Shown: piece by piece, positions 11,667 to 21,716 of the stretch
How the letters are laid out: every line of letters starts with the position of its first letter
Numbering within the stretch: the stretch's first letter is position 1
Assembly (NCBI RefSeq): GCF_003334785.1
Contig: NZ_QOWV01000011.1
Direction: 5' to 3' (one strand)
Length of the DNA stretch: 64,000 nt
From: Escherichia coli
Lineage (GTDB): Bacteria; Pseudomonadota; Gammaproteobacteria; Enterobacterales; Enterobacteriaceae
The notes under the pieces: generated by a model
Database searches by the model: none
What the model saw: only the letters and a program-made list of their open reading frames with translations
Told to the model about the DNA's origin: nothing
Program-made: the position numbers and the translations under genes

Positions 11667-13031
11667 TCAAATTACCGCCCATACGCACCAGGTAATTAAG
11701 AATCCGGTAAAACCGAGAATGGTCGTTAACACTGTCCAGGTTTTCAGACCGTCTGCTACCGATAACCCCAGATATTTGGTCACAATCCAGAACCCTGAGT
11801 CATTAATATGTGACGCACCAAGCCCACCAAAGCAGGCTGCCAGCGTCACCAATACGCACTGAATCGGATTCAATCCCATCACCGCTTCTGAGAGTAACCC
11901 GCCGGTTGTCAGTATTGCTACGGTTGCTGACCCCTGCGATGCACGCAGCGCCAGTGAAATAATAAATGCGGCTGGTAACAGAGGCAGGTCAATCATTTGT
12001 AGCATGTTGGCAAGGGCTTTGCCGACGCCCGATTCCACCAGCACTTTGCCAAATACCCCTCCAGCACCAGTAACCAAAATCACTACCGCCGCAGTAGGAA
12101 GCGCTGAGCCCATAATGTCGCTGGTGTGTTGTAAGCTCCAGCCGCGACGTAAAGCCAATAACCAGAATGCCAGCACCAGCGCAATCATTAGAGCTACCAT
12201 TGGTGAGCCGATCAGCTGTAGCGTACCAAGCAGGGGATGCGAAGGCGGCATCAGTGTTGCGGAAACCGTACCCGCCATGATAATCGCGATAGGAATAACA
12301 ATTAGCGAGGTGACCAGCGCGACGCCCGGTGGATTTATTTTATCGCTTAATTTTGTCGCGCCTTCCTCACTGGCCGGAGCCAGTTGCATCTGTTCCAGTA
12401 CTTCTACTGACATCGCATATTGGCGCTTATTGATTATTTTCGCTGCAAAGTAGCCAACAACCCCTACGGGAATAGAAATCGCAATACCGATGATGGTTAG
12501 CCAGCCGATGTCTGCGTGGAGTAACCCCGCTGCGGCGACAGGGCCTGGATGCGGCGGTACCGCCACGTGAACAGTGAGCATGATCCCAGCGACAGGCAGG
12601 CCAAATTTGAGTGGCGATATTTTGGCAACCTTGGCAAAACCGTAAATGATTGGCGCAAGAATAATAAAGCCGACATCAAAGAAGACGGGAATACCGAGGA
12701 AGAACGCTGCCAGAGTCAGCGCAGCGATAGTTCGTTTGTCACCTAACTTGCGACTGAAATAATTAGCCAGTGACTCTGCACCACCAGAGTGTTCGATCAT
12801 ACGCCCCAGCATAGCGCCCAGACCAATAATAATAGTGACGGAACCAAGCACACCGCCCATCCCGGCGATCATCACTTTACCCACTTCGCCCGCCGGTATA
12901 CCCGCCGCAAGTGCGACTAACAGGCTGACGAGGAGCAGAGCAACGAATGGTTGTACCTTTGCCTTGATGACCAGCAGCAACAGCATGATTACGCCAGTTA
13001 ACGCAATGCATAACAATGTAATTGTGGACAT
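11667..13031 (-). CDS. ygbN: GntP-family (gluconate-type) permease, probable acid-sugar transporter, 454 aa
   Basis: Multi-TM GntP-like sequence; first gene of the convergent ygbNMLKJ block. Confidence 0.9.
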   Translation of the reverse strand: MSTITLLCIALTGVIMLLLLVIKAKVQPFVALLLVSLLVALAAGIPAGEVGKVMIAGMGGVLGSVTIIIGLGAMLGRMIEHSGGAESLANYFSRKLGDKRTIAALTLAAFFLGIPVFFDVGFIILAPIIYGFAKVAKISPLKFGLPVAGIMLTVHVAVPPHPGPVAAAGLLHADIGWLTIIGIAISIPVGVVGYFAAKIINKRQYAMSVEVLEQMQLAPASEEGATKLSDKINPPGVALVTSLIVIPIAIIMAGTVSATLMPPSHPLLGTLQLIGSPMVALMIALVLAFWLLALRRGWSLQHTSDIMGSALPTAAVVILVTGAGGVFGKVLVESGVGKALANMLQMIDLPLLPAAFIISLALRASQGSATVAILTTGGLLSEAVMGLNPIQCVLVTLAACFGGLGASHINDSGFWIVTKYLGLSVADGLKTWTVLTTILGFTGFLITWCVWAVI

Positions 13032-13119
13032 GGGAAACCCTGTCTGAAAGTTATAGTTAACCTACCCCATCCGTAGATGGGGGGATGTATGGGTACGTTG
13101 TAATTAGGGATTTAACGAA

Positions 13120-13896
13120 TTAGCGCCAGGCGTCAAACCAGCCAAGCCCTTCTTCGGTGAGGCCACGAGGTTTATATTCACAACCGATCCAGCCCTGATA
13201 TCCCACCTCATCGAACAGGCGGAACAGCCACGGATAGTTGATTTCTCCATCGTCCGGTTCATGTCGATCAGGTAGTCCGGCAATTTGTACGTGCGCATAT
13301 TTCCCGGCGTAGTCGCGGATTAAATGCGTCAGGTTGCCATCTACTTTTTGCGCATGAAAAGTATCTAGTTGAATAAACACGTTATCTCGCGCAACTTCTT
13401 CAACAATAGCCAGTGCCTGATACTGGCTGGAGAAGAGATAATGAGGCTTAACGCCGGGGCTGAGTGCTTCAACTAATATTCGCTTGCCGTGTGGCGCAAA
13501 GCGGTCGGCAGCGTAGCGGAGATTATCGATAAATACTGCCCGGTACCGTTCAGCATCTTCGCCAGCGGGCACGACGCCTGCCATCACATGGACTTGTTCA
13601 CAATTGAGCGCCAATGCATATTCCAGTGCCAGGTCGATGTCTGCGTGTGCTTCGTGCTCACGTCCGGGAAGGGCGGATAATCCCCATTCCCCCGCATTAA
13701 TATCTCCGGGAGCGGTATTGAACAGCGCCAGTGTCAGATGGTTTTGCTCCAGTTGCTTTTGGATTTGCAGGGTGGAGTAGTCATAGGGAAACAGAAATTC
13801 CACAGCATCGAACCCGGCTTTTCGCGCTGCGGCGAAGCGTTCAATAAAAGGCACTTCGGTGAACATCATGGATAAATTAGCTGCAAAACGAGGCAT
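13120..13896 (-). CDS. ygbM: Hydroxypyruvate-isomerase-like TIM-barrel enzyme (2-oxo-tetronate isomerase), 258 aa
   Basis: Xylose-isomerase-like TIM barrel family; product name from family membership (OtnI). Confidence 0.88.
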   Translation of the reverse strand: MPRFAANLSMMFTEVPFIERFAAARKAGFDAVEFLFPYDYSTLQIQKQLEQNHLTLALFNTAPGDINAGEWGLSALPGREHEAHADIDLALEYALALNCEQVHVMAGVVPAGEDAERYRAVFIDNLRYAADRFAPHGKRILVEALSPGVKPHYLFSSQYQALAIVEEVARDNVFIQLDTFHAQKVDGNLTHLIRDYAGKYAHVQIAGLPDRHEPDDGEINYPWLFRLFDEVGYQGWIGCEYKPRGLTEEGLGWFDAWR

Positions 13897-13900
13897 TGCA

Positions 13901-14539
13901 TTAACTCCTTAATTCCGCAATTTCACCTGCGGTCAGATAACGGATCGGGCGGTCACCGAGAATAAAAATCAGCTTTGCCGTTTCCTCCAGCTCTTCCATA
14001 TTGTTGGCGGCTTCTTGCAGGCTTTCACCGCAAACCACTGGGCCATGATTTGCCAGTAAAAAAGCCTGATTGTCTGCTGCCAGTTCCGCCAGATCCTGTG
14101 CGATGCGTTTATCGCCCGGTCGGTAATAAGGCACCAGCGGGACATTTCCCATCCGCATCACCACGTATGGTGTGAACGGACGAATAACGTTGCTGCTGTC
14201 CAGCCCTTGCAGGCAGGAAAGCGCCGTCGACCATGTGCTGTGCAAATGCACCACCGCTTTACAACGCGGATTGTTGCGATACAGCGCCAGATGAAAGAGC
14301 ACCTCTTTCGAGGGTTTGTCACCACTTAACCATTCGCCATCCGCGGCGACTTTGGAAAGCCGCTGCGGATCGAGATTGCCCAGGCATGAACCTGTCGGTG
14401 TCGCCAGTAAATTCCCGTCAGGTAAAAGCAGCGACAGATTGCCAGCCGAACCGGTTGCATAGCCGCGCTGAAAGAATGAACTGGCAATCCGCGTCATCTC
14501 CTCTCGCAAAGACTGCTCTACTTTTGCGAAATCGCTCAT
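13901..14539 (-). CDS. ygbL: Class II aldolase/adducin-family enzyme (3-oxo-tetronate 4-phosphate decarboxylase), 212 aa
   Basis: Aldolase-II fold; OtnC-type. Confidence 0.88.
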   Translation of the reverse strand: MSDFAKVEQSLREEMTRIASSFFQRGYATGSAGNLSLLLPDGNLLATPTGSCLGNLDPQRLSKVAADGEWLSGDKPSKEVLFHLALYRNNPRCKAVVHLHSTWSTALSCLQGLDSSNVIRPFTPYVVMRMGNVPLVPYYRPGDKRIAQDLAELAADNQAFLLANHGPVVCGESLQEAANNMEELEETAKLIFILGDRPIRYLTAGEIAELRS

Positions 14540-15798
14540 GATAAAAACTCTCTTTGGGCTCGTGAAAAAAAGGCGTCATCACCGAAGTTGCCAGATTTAA
14601 GGGCGAGTGAGACAGGCTTATCCAGTGCGTTTACCCACGGCACGCCGGGGGAAATGGTTGGGCCAATATGAAACCCTTTTATTCCCAGGCTCTGTGTGAC
14701 TACGCCGGAGGTCTCACCGCCTGCGACAATAAAGCGTGTCACGCCTTCCGCTGCTAACCGCGCCGCTAGTTGAGAAAACAGTGTTTCTACTGCCTGACTG
14801 GCTTTTTGTGCACCGTATTGCTGTTGAATTGCTGCCAATGCGTCAGTGCTGGCGGTGGCAAAAACCAGTGGAGCAAGTACACTTTCCTGGCCCAGAACCC
14901 ACTCTGCCAGTTCGTGTGCATAAGCGGCCAGAGTTTCAATTGAGAGGCAGCGTGCCACATCAACTTCACGGGCTGGTGCAATTTGACGGTAATGTGCTAC
15001 CTGGCGGTTGGTCATTTGAGAGCATGAACCGGAGAGCACTACGCCGCGCCCAGCGAGCGGACGCCCTGCTTTGCGAGCCTGGTTACCGTTTTCTTGCGCC
15101 CACTGCCGGGCCAGGCCAATCGCCAGACCAGAACCGCCCGTTACCAGTGGGGCATCGCGCAAGGCTTCTCCCTGAATTTCCAGATGGTGTTCGGTCAGCG
15201 CATCAAGCACCGCGTAGCGGTAGCCCTCTTGCTGTAAGCGAGCCAGCTCTTGACGAACGGCATCCACACCTTGTTCGAAAACATGTGCCGAAACGACGCC
15301 GCAGCGCCCTGTGGATTGCGCTTCAACCAGACGGGGAAGATAGCTGTCGGTCATGGGATTTACCGGGTGATGGCGCATCCCGGATTCGGCCAGCAGTTGA
15401 TTCATTACGAACAAATACCCCTGATAAACCGTACGTCCGTTGACCGGCAGGGCCGGAGAGAAGACCGTAAACGGCGTGTCGAGAGCATCCATTAAGGCAT
15501 CGGTAACCGGGCCAATATTACCTTTCGCCGTACTGTCGAAAGTAGAGCAGTATTTGAAATAGATCTGTTTGCAACCTTGCTGTTGCAACCAGCTCAGAGC
15601 CGCCAGCGATTGCTGTGTGGCTTCAACCACTGGACAGGAGCGCGTTTTCAGGCTGATCACCAGTGCGTCGATTGCTTCCGGCATTTTACCTGTTGGAACA
15701 CCGTTAATTTGTACCGTTGGTAGACCGTTTTCCACCAGAAAACTGGCGATATCCGTCGCGCCGGTAAAATCATCGGCGATAACGCCAATCTTGATCAT
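14536..15798 (-). CDS. ygbK: DUF1537-family four-carbon acid-sugar kinase (3-oxo-tetronate kinase), 420 aa
   Basis: N-terminal MIKIGVIADDFTGATD motif typical of the family; 4-nt overlap with ygbL; OtnK-type. Confidence 0.88.
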   Translation of the reverse strand: MIKIGVIADDFTGATDIASFLVENGLPTVQINGVPTGKMPEAIDALVISLKTRSCPVVEATQQSLAALSWLQQQGCKQIYFKYCSTFDSTAKGNIGPVTDALMDALDTPFTVFSPALPVNGRTVYQGYLFVMNQLLAESGMRHHPVNPMTDSYLPRLVEAQSTGRCGVVSAHVFEQGVDAVRQELARLQQEGYRYAVLDALTEHHLEIQGEALRDAPLVTGGSGLAIGLARQWAQENGNQARKAGRPLAGRGVVLSGSCSQMTNRQVAHYRQIAPAREVDVARCLSIETLAAYAHELAEWVLGQESVLAPLVFATASTDALAAIQQQYGAQKASQAVETLFSQLAARLAAEGVTRFIVAGGETSGVVTQSLGIKGFHIGPTISPGVPWVNALDKPVSLALKSGNFGDDAFFSRAQREFLS

Positions 15799-16703
15799 GA
15801 TTTCGCTCCCGGTAGAGTGATGCCAGAGAAAATCTTGATAACTGCGCTATCGTCTTCTTTCCCGTAACCCGCGTTACTGGCGCTGGTGAACATATTCAAT
15901 GCTGTTGAGGCCAATGGCAGCGGGAAGTGCAGGGCTTTGGCTGTATCGGCAACCAGACCAAGATCCTTAACAAAAATATCGACGGCTGAATGCGGGGTGT
16001 AATCGCCATCCACCACATGACGCATCCGGTTTTCGAACATCCAGGAATTTCCGGCGGCATTGGTCACGACGTCATACATCACATCCAGCGGGATCCCCGC
16101 ACGGGCTGCAAGTGCCATCGCTTCGGCTCCGGCAGCAATATGTACGCCCGCTAACAACTGGTGAATAATTTTTACGGTCGAACCTAGTCCCGGTTCTGCA
16201 CCTATGCGATAAACTTTTCCGGCAACGGCTTCCAGCACGGGTGCCAGTCGTTCAAAGGCAATATCGCTACCGGAGGCCATGATAGTCATTTCACCGTTAG
16301 CGGCTTTTACTGCACCACCAGAAACTGGCGCATCCAGCATTTCCAGATCGAATCCAGCCAGAGCGGTAGCAATTTCTTGCGCATCAGCACTAGCGATAGT
16401 GGAAGAAACCATTACTGCCGTACCGGGTTTCAGATGTTGTGCAACGCCTGTTTCACCAAACAGCACCTGTTTAACCTGGGCCGCATTGACCACCAGCACC
16501 AGCAGTGCGTCCAGTTTTTCGGCAAACATCGCGGCGTTATCAGAAACCCCGCAAGCACCTGCCTCTTTCAACGTAGCGCAGGCATTGCTGTTCAGGTCTG
16601 CGCCCCAGGTAGAAAGACCTGCGCGGACACATGACAGTGCTGCTCCCATTCCCATTGACCCTAAGCCAACGATACCGACATGAAACTCAGATCCCGTTTT
16701 CAT
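15795..16703 (-). CDS. ygbJ: 3-hydroxyisobutyrate-dehydrogenase-family NAD-dependent dehydrogenase (L-threonate dehydrogenase), 302 aa
   Basis: Rossmann motif GIVGLGSMGMGAA; overlaps ygbK start; LtnD-type. Confidence 0.9.
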   Translation of the reverse strand: MKTGSEFHVGIVGLGSMGMGAALSCVRAGLSTWGADLNSNACATLKEAGACGVSDNAAMFAEKLDALLVLVVNAAQVKQVLFGETGVAQHLKPGTAVMVSSTIASADAQEIATALAGFDLEMLDAPVSGGAVKAANGEMTIMASGSDIAFERLAPVLEAVAGKVYRIGAEPGLGSTVKIIHQLLAGVHIAAGAEAMALAARAGIPLDVMYDVVTNAAGNSWMFENRMRHVVDGDYTPHSAVDIFVKDLGLVADTAKALHFPLPLASTALNMFTSASNAGYGKEDDSAVIKIFSGITLPGAKS

Positions 16704-16784
16704 CTGCTCTCCTTGTTAATTTAAGTGATATTTTGTTTGATATTGTGAATATAAGCGCTGGAAGATAACGATATGGTGATCTGA

Positions 16785-16821
16785 TTCACATAAATTAACA
16801 TTGTGTGTTATTTTATGTGAA
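16785..16821. promoter_or_regulatory. Perfect 10-bp inverted repeat TTCACATAAA-N17-TTTATGTGAA in the ygbJ/ygbI divergent intergenic region; candidate DeoR-type operator
   Basis: Read directly; a third related half-site TGTGAATATA lies at 16744-16753. Confidence 0.45.
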
Positions 16822-16898
16822 CTAAGCGTTAGTTGCGCCGCGCACGTTTCGCAGGCAAATAGCGTAGAATGTCAGCAGGACAAAGGAAGGAGCAAAAG

Positions 16899-17666
16899 TT
16901 GATACCCGTAGAGCGTCGCCAAATCATCCTTGAGATGGTAGCTGAAAAAGGCATTGTCAGTATTGCTGAACTAACGGACAGAATGAATGTGTCACATATG
17001 ACCATTCGTCGGGATTTACAAAAACTGGAGCAGCAGGGAGCCGTTGTGCTGGTGTCCGGAGGCGTCCAGTCTCCGGGACGCGTGGCGCATGAACCTTCTC
17101 ATCAGGTAAAAACTGCGCTGGCAATGACGCAAAAAGCGGCTATTGGCAAGCTGGCGGCAAGTCTTGTTCAGCCGGGAAGTTGTATCTATCTGGATGCGGG
17201 AACGACCACGTTAGCGATAGCACAGCATCTGATTCACATGGAGTCACTGACTGTGGTCACAAACGATTTCGTTATTGCGGACTACTTGCTCGACAACAGT
17301 AATTGCACAATTATTCACACTGGCGGTGCAGTGTGTCGGGAAAACCGTTCCTGTGTCGGGGAAGCCGCTGCGACCATGCTGCGCAGCCTGATGATTGATC
17401 AGGCTTTTATTTCTGCATCGTCATGGAGTGTGCGGGGGATTTCTACGCCAGCGGAAGATAAAGTCACGGTGAAACGGGCGATTGCCAGTGCCAGCCGCCA
17501 GCGAGTTTTGGTCTGTGATGCGACGAAATATGGTCAGGTGGCGACATGGCTGGCGTTACCATTAAGCGAGTTTGATCAGATTATTACAGACGACGGTTTG
17601 CCGGAGAGTGCCAGTCGCGCGCTGGTGAAGCAGGATCTCTCTTTGCTGGTAGCGAAAAATGAATAA
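16899..17666 (+). CDS. ygbI: DeoR-family transcriptional regulator, about 255 aa, probable TTG start
   Basis: HTH plus sugar-binding DeoR domain. TTG at 16899 has a strong GGAG Shine-Dalgarno 6 nt upstream; the ORF-track ATG at 16869 has none. Confidence 0.85.
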   Translation: MIPVERRQIILEMVAEKGIVSIAELTDRMNVSHMTIRRDLQKLEQQGAVVLVSGGVQSPGRVAHEPSHQVKTALAMTQKAAIGKLAASLVQPGSCIYLDAGTTTLAIAQHLIHMESLTVVTNDFVIADYLLDNSNCTIIHTGGAVCRENRSCVGEAAATMLRSLMIDQAFISASSWSVRGISTPAEDKVTVKRAIASASRQRVLVCDATKYGQVATWLALPLSEFDQIITDDGLPESASRALVKQDLSLLVAKNE

Positions 17667-17688
17667 TGGCCTGCAATAACACCGGGTT

Positions 17689-17716
17689 ACTCATGCTTCA
17701 CAGAAGAAGCATGAGA
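17689..17716. terminator. Bidirectional hairpin between convergent ygbI and pphB
   Basis: Stem TCATGCTTC/GAAGCATGA with flanking A/T-rich tracts. Confidence 0.55.
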
Positions 17717-18373
17717 CTACTTTATTTTATAAAATGACAGCCGCCCGCTGTTCGGCGATCCGGTATCAATATAAATCTGGTTAGCGAACGTCTGAATGTT
17801 ATCAAACATCATATGTCCAAATATAAAATAATCAGCGCCGTTTATTTGTTGTAACTCGCCATTAAGCGATTTCTGCACACGATCAACAGGCCAGAGTAAT
17901 TCGCTCTCCGCTATTTCTTTACCAAAGAGATATTCACTCCCCGGATAATCTGCATGTGCGATGGCATATTTTATGTTGTCGTTAGTGATTTCAATAATAT
18001 GTGGAAGGTGATGGAATTTCAGCAACAGATCTATTGCCTCTTGTTGCTCTGAATCATTTAAATCGAAAAACCAGTCACCACCGCTGGCAAGCCACATATT
18101 GCCATCGCCAGTTTCGAATGCCTCAAGCGCCATCGCTTCGTGGTTGCCTTTAACCGACGTAAACCAGGGTTGGTTTAGCAGGCGCAGGACGTCAAGACTC
18201 TCCGGTCCACGATCAATATTATCGCCGACAGAAATAAGTAAGTCGATTTCGGGGAAAAAAGAGAGTTGATGTAAGCGGGATTGTAATAACTGATATTCAC
18301 CATGAATATCACCAACGACCCATATATGGCGATAGTGATGGGCATTGATTTTTTGATAGCGTGTAGATGGCAT
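17717..18373 (-). CDS. pphB: Serine/threonine protein phosphatase 2 (calcineurin-like metallophosphatase), 218 aa
   Basis: Metallophosphatase motifs GDIHG, GDNIDRG, GNHE. Confidence 0.93.
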   Translation of the reverse strand: MPSTRYQKINAHHYRHIWVVGDIHGEYQLLQSRLHQLSFFPEIDLLISVGDNIDRGPESLDVLRLLNQPWFTSVKGNHEAMALEAFETGDGNMWLASGGDWFFDLNDSEQQEAIDLLLKFHHLPHIIEITNDNIKYAIAHADYPGSEYLFGKEIAESELLWPVDRVQKSLNGELQQINGADYFIFGHMMFDNIQTFANQIYIDTGSPNSGRLSFYKIK

Positions 18374-18478
18374 GGTTTTACCCTGTAAAATAAGCTTTCC
18401 TATTATACAGGGTGTTTTTATTTTATTCGTCAGTTGTCGTTAATATTCCCGATAGCAAAAGACTATCGGGAATTGTTA

Positions 18479-21040
18479 TTACACCAGGCTCTTCAAGCGA
18501 TAAATCCACTCCAGCGCCTGACGCGGGGTGAGTGAATCCGGATCAAGATTTTCCAGAGCTTCGACCGCAGGCGAAGTTTCTTCTGGTACTGACAGCAAAG
18601 ACATTTGCGTACCATCCACTTGCGTAGCGGCGGCGTTCGGCGAAATGCTTTCCAGCTCACGCAGCTTTTGCCGTGCGCGCTTAATAACCTCTTTTGGCAC
18701 GCCTGCCAGAGCTGCAACCGCCAGGCCGTAGCTTTTGCTCGCCGCGCCATCCTGCACGCTGTGCATAAAGGCAATGGTGTCGCCGTGCTCCAGTGCATCG
18801 AGATGCACGTTAGCGACGCCTTCCATTTTCTCCGGTAACTGGGTCAGCTCGAAATAGTGGGTAGCAAATAACGTCAATGCCTTAATCTTATTCGCCAGAT
18901 TTTCCGCGCACGCCCACGCCAGCGACAGACCATCGTAGGTGGACGTTCCACGCCCGATCTCATCCATTAACACCAGACTGTATTCGGTGGCGTTATGTAA
19001 AATATTGGCGGTTTCAGTCATCTCCACCATAAAGGTTGAGCGCCCGGACGCCAGGTCATCTGCCGCGCCTACGCGGGTAAAGATGCGATCGATAGGTCCA
19101 ATCTCGACTTTTTGTGCCGGTACATAGCTGCCGATGTAGGCCATCAGCGCAATCAGTGCGGTCTGGCGCATATAGGTACTTTTACCGCCCATGTTCGGAC
19201 CGGTGATGATCAACATGCGGCGCTGCGGCGACAGATTCAGCGGGTTGGCGATAAATGGCTCATTCAGTACTTGTTCAACTACCGGATGGCGACCTTCGGT
19301 AATGCGAATGCCCGGTTTATCAATGAAGGTCGGGCAGGTGTAGTTCAGGGTATAGGCCCGTTCCGCCAGGTTAACCAGCACGTCGAGTTCCGCCAGCGCG
19401 CTCGCGCTCTGTTGCAACGCTTCCAGATGCGGCAACAGCAGGTCGAACAGCTCTTCATAAAGCTGTTTTTCCAGTGCCAGTGCTTTGCCTTTTGAGGTGA
19501 GAACTTTATCTTCGTACTCTTTTAGCTCTGGAATGATGTAGCGCTCGGCGTTTTTCAGCGTCTGGCGACGCATGTAGTTGATGGGTGCCAGATGGCTTTG
19601 CCCACGGCTGATTTGAATGTAGTAGCCGTGCACCGCATTAAAGCCAACTTTCAGCGTGTCCAGGCCGGTACGTTCACGCTCGCGGACTTCCAGACGCTCC
19701 AGATAATCGGTCGCGCCGTCAGCCAGCGCGCGCCACTCATCCAGCTCTTCGTTATAGCCCGATGCGATAACACCACCGTCGCGTACCAGCACCGGCGGTG
19801 TGTCGATGATTGCTCGCTCCAGCAGATCGCGCAGCTCGGCAAACTCGCCCATCTTCTCACGTAGCGCCTGTACCGGTGCACTATCGACAGTTTCTAACTG
19901 CGCACGCAGCTCCGGCAGTTGCTGGAAAGCGTGGCGCATACGGGCCAGATCGCGTGGGCGAGCAGTTCGTAAAGCCAGACGTGCCAGAATACGTTCCAGG
20001 TCGCCGACCTGACGCAGTACCGGCTGTAGCCCGGCGGTGAAATCCTGCAATGCGCCAATAGTTTGCTGGCGCTCAAGCAACACGCGGGTATCGCGCACTG
20101 GCATATGCAGCCAGCGTTTCAGCATACGGCTGCCCATCGGCGTGACGGTGCAGTCGAGCACAGAAGCCAGCGTATTTTCCGCACCACCCGCCAGGTTCTG
20201 GGTGATTTCCAGATTACGACGCGTCGCGGCATCCATAATGATGCTGTCCTGCTCACGTTCCATGGTGATGGAACGAATATGCGGCAGAGTCGTACGTTGG
20301 GTATCTTTCGCATACTGCAACAGACAACCGGCAGCACAAAGTCCGCGCGGCGCGTTCTCGACGCCAAAACCGACCAGATCGCGGGTCCCAAATTGCAGAT
20401 TCAACTGCTGGCGCGCGGTGTCGATTTCAAACTCCCACAGCGGGCGACGGCGCAGGCCGCGACGGCCTTCAATTAACGACATTTCAGCAAAATCTTCTGC
20501 ATACAGCAGTTCCGCAGGATTAGTGCGTTGCAGTTCTGCCGCCATCGTTTCGCGGTCAGCCGGTTCGCTCAGGCGAAAACGCCCGGAACTGATATCCAGC
20601 GTCGCGTAGCCGAAACCTTTGCTGTCCTGCCAGATAGCCGCCAGCAGGTTGTCCTGACGCTCCTGCAACAGGGCTTCATCGCTGATGGTGCCTGGCGTAA
20701 CGATACGCACAACTTTGCGCTCAACCGGACCTTTGCTGGTCGCCGGATCGCCAATTTGTTCGCAGATGGCAACGGACTCTCCCTGATTCACCAGTTTGGC
20801 GAGATAGTTTTCCACCGCATGGTAGGGAATCCCCGCCATCGGGATCGGCTCTCCCGCCGAAGCACCGCGTTTGGTCAGTGAAATATCCAGCAGTTGCGAC
20901 GCGCGTTTTGCGTCGTCATAAAACAGTTCATAAAAATCACCCATCCGGTAAAACAGCAGGATCTCGGGATGCTGGGCTTTCAGCCTGAGATACTGCTGCA
21001 TCATGGGCGTATGGGCGTCGAAATTTTCTATTGCACTCAT
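18479..21040 (-). CDS. mutS: DNA mismatch repair protein MutS, 853 aa
   Basis: Full-length ORF with Walker [10 protein letters not shown] and C-terminal domain; begins [40 protein letters not shown]. Confidence 0.97.
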   Translation of the reverse strand: MSAIENFDAHTPMMQQYLRLKAQHPEILLFYRMGDFYELFYDDAKRASQLLDISLTKRGASAGEPIPMAGIPYHAVENYLAKLVNQGESVAICEQIGDPATSKGPVERKVVRIVTPGTISDEALLQERQDNLLAAIWQDSKGFGYATLDISSGRFRLSEPADRETMAAELQRTNPAELLYAEDFAEMSLIEGRRGLRRRPLWEFEIDTARQQLNLQFGTRDLVGFGVENAPRGLCAAGCLLQYAKDTQRTTLPHIRSITMEREQDSIIMDAATRRNLEITQNLAGGAENTLASVLDCTVTPMGSRMLKRWLHMPVRDTRVLLERQQTIGALQDFTAGLQPVLRQVGDLERILARLALRTARPRDLARMRHAFQQLPELRAQLETVDSAPVQALREKMGEFAELRDLLERAIIDTPPVLVRDGGVIASGYNEELDEWRALADGATDYLERLEVRERERTGLDTLKVGFNAVHGYYIQISRGQSHLAPINYMRRQTLKNAERYIIPELKEYEDKVLTSKGKALALEKQLYEELFDLLLPHLEALQQSASALAELDVLVNLAERAYTLNYTCPTFIDKPGIRITEGRHPVVEQVLNEPFIANPLNLSPQRRMLIITGPNMGGKSTYMRQTALIALMAYIGSYVPAQKVEIGPIDRIFTRVGAADDLASGRSTFMVEMTETANILHNATEYSLVLMDEIGRGTSTYDGLSLAWACAENLANKIKALTLFATHYFELTQLPEKMEGVANVHLDALEHGDTIAFMHSVQDGAASKSYGLAVAALAGVPKEVIKRARQKLRELESISPNAAATQVDGTQMSLLSVPEETSPAVEALENLDPDSLTPRQALEWIYRLKSLV

Positions 21041-21286
21041 GGGGTTATGTCCGGTTCCCTGATATTAAATGGGGTGTGATGGTTTTTATTTTCGTTGTAA
21101 TCACATAAGGCGCACATGATACCGGAGTTAATCATTTCAGGGGAAGAAGCGAACGGCGAGTTCTTGATGCTGGTTCCGGGAAAGATGCTGTTTTGCAGCT
21201 TTTGCGTGATGCTTATGAAGCAAGTACGCAAAATTGTATCGGTTGGCTAACCCTTCTTCTTTGGAGTCATAGTGCCCTTTAAGATT

Positions 21287-21309
21287 AAGATGTAATATAA
21301 ATACATCTT
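21287..21309 (+). promoter_or_regulatory. NsrR-type operator AAGATGTAATATAAATACATCTT overlapping the ygbA promoter
   Basis: 11-1-11 inverted repeat matching the NsrR consensus (AAGATGCATTT-N-AAATGCATCTT) as I recall it; ends 18 nt upstream of the ygbA ATG. Confidence 0.7.
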
Positions 21310-21326
21310 AATGAGGTGGAGGCAGC

Positions 21327-21680
21327 ATGTCCGGCAAGCGTATCTCTCGTGAAAAACTGACGATTAAAAAAATGATCGATCTTTATCAAGCGAAATGCCC
21401 GCAGGCGTCAGCGGAGCCGGAGCATTACGAGGCGTTGTTTGTTTACGCGCAAAAGCGGCTGGATAAATGTGTGTTCGGCGAAGAGAAACCAGCCTGTAAG
21501 CAGTGTCCGGTGCACTGTTACCAGCCTGCAAAGCGTGAAGAGATGAAACAGATTATGCGTTGGGCCGGGCCGAGAATGCTGTGGCGTCATCCGATCTTAA
21601 CCGTGCGTCATCTCATCGATGACAAGCGTCCGGTGCCAGAACTGCCGGAAAAATATCGTCCGAAAAAACCTCATGAATAG
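21327..21680 (+). CDS. ygbA: Small Cys-rich protein of unknown function, 117 aa
   Basis: ORF MSGKRISREKLTIKKMIDLYQAKCPQ...; good RBS GGAGG. Confidence 0.85.
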   Translation: MSGKRISREKLTIKKMIDLYQAKCPQASAEPEHYEALFVYAQKRLDKCVFGEEKPACKQCPVHCYQPAKREEMKQIMRWAGPRMLWRHPILTVRHLIDDKRPVPELPEKYRPKKPHE

Positions 21681-21716
21681 TATGCCGGACAGGCAGATCT
21701 GTCCGGCAATTTGCAG

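Noticed and set aside
14736-15443. 235-aa ORF antisense to ygbK
   Set aside because: Embedded antisense ORF with Pro/Arg-rich low-complexity translation; ygbK on the other strand has the conserved DUF1537 N-terminus.
20037-20609. 190-aa and other ORFs antisense to mutS
   Set aside because: Arg/Ser-rich translations typical of the reverse frame of a real gene; mutS is full length on the minus strand.
21037-21231. 64-aa minus-strand ORF in the mutS-ygbA intergenic region
   Set aside because: It overlaps the mutS start codon region and would occupy the divergent promoter space; no RBS or recognisable fold.
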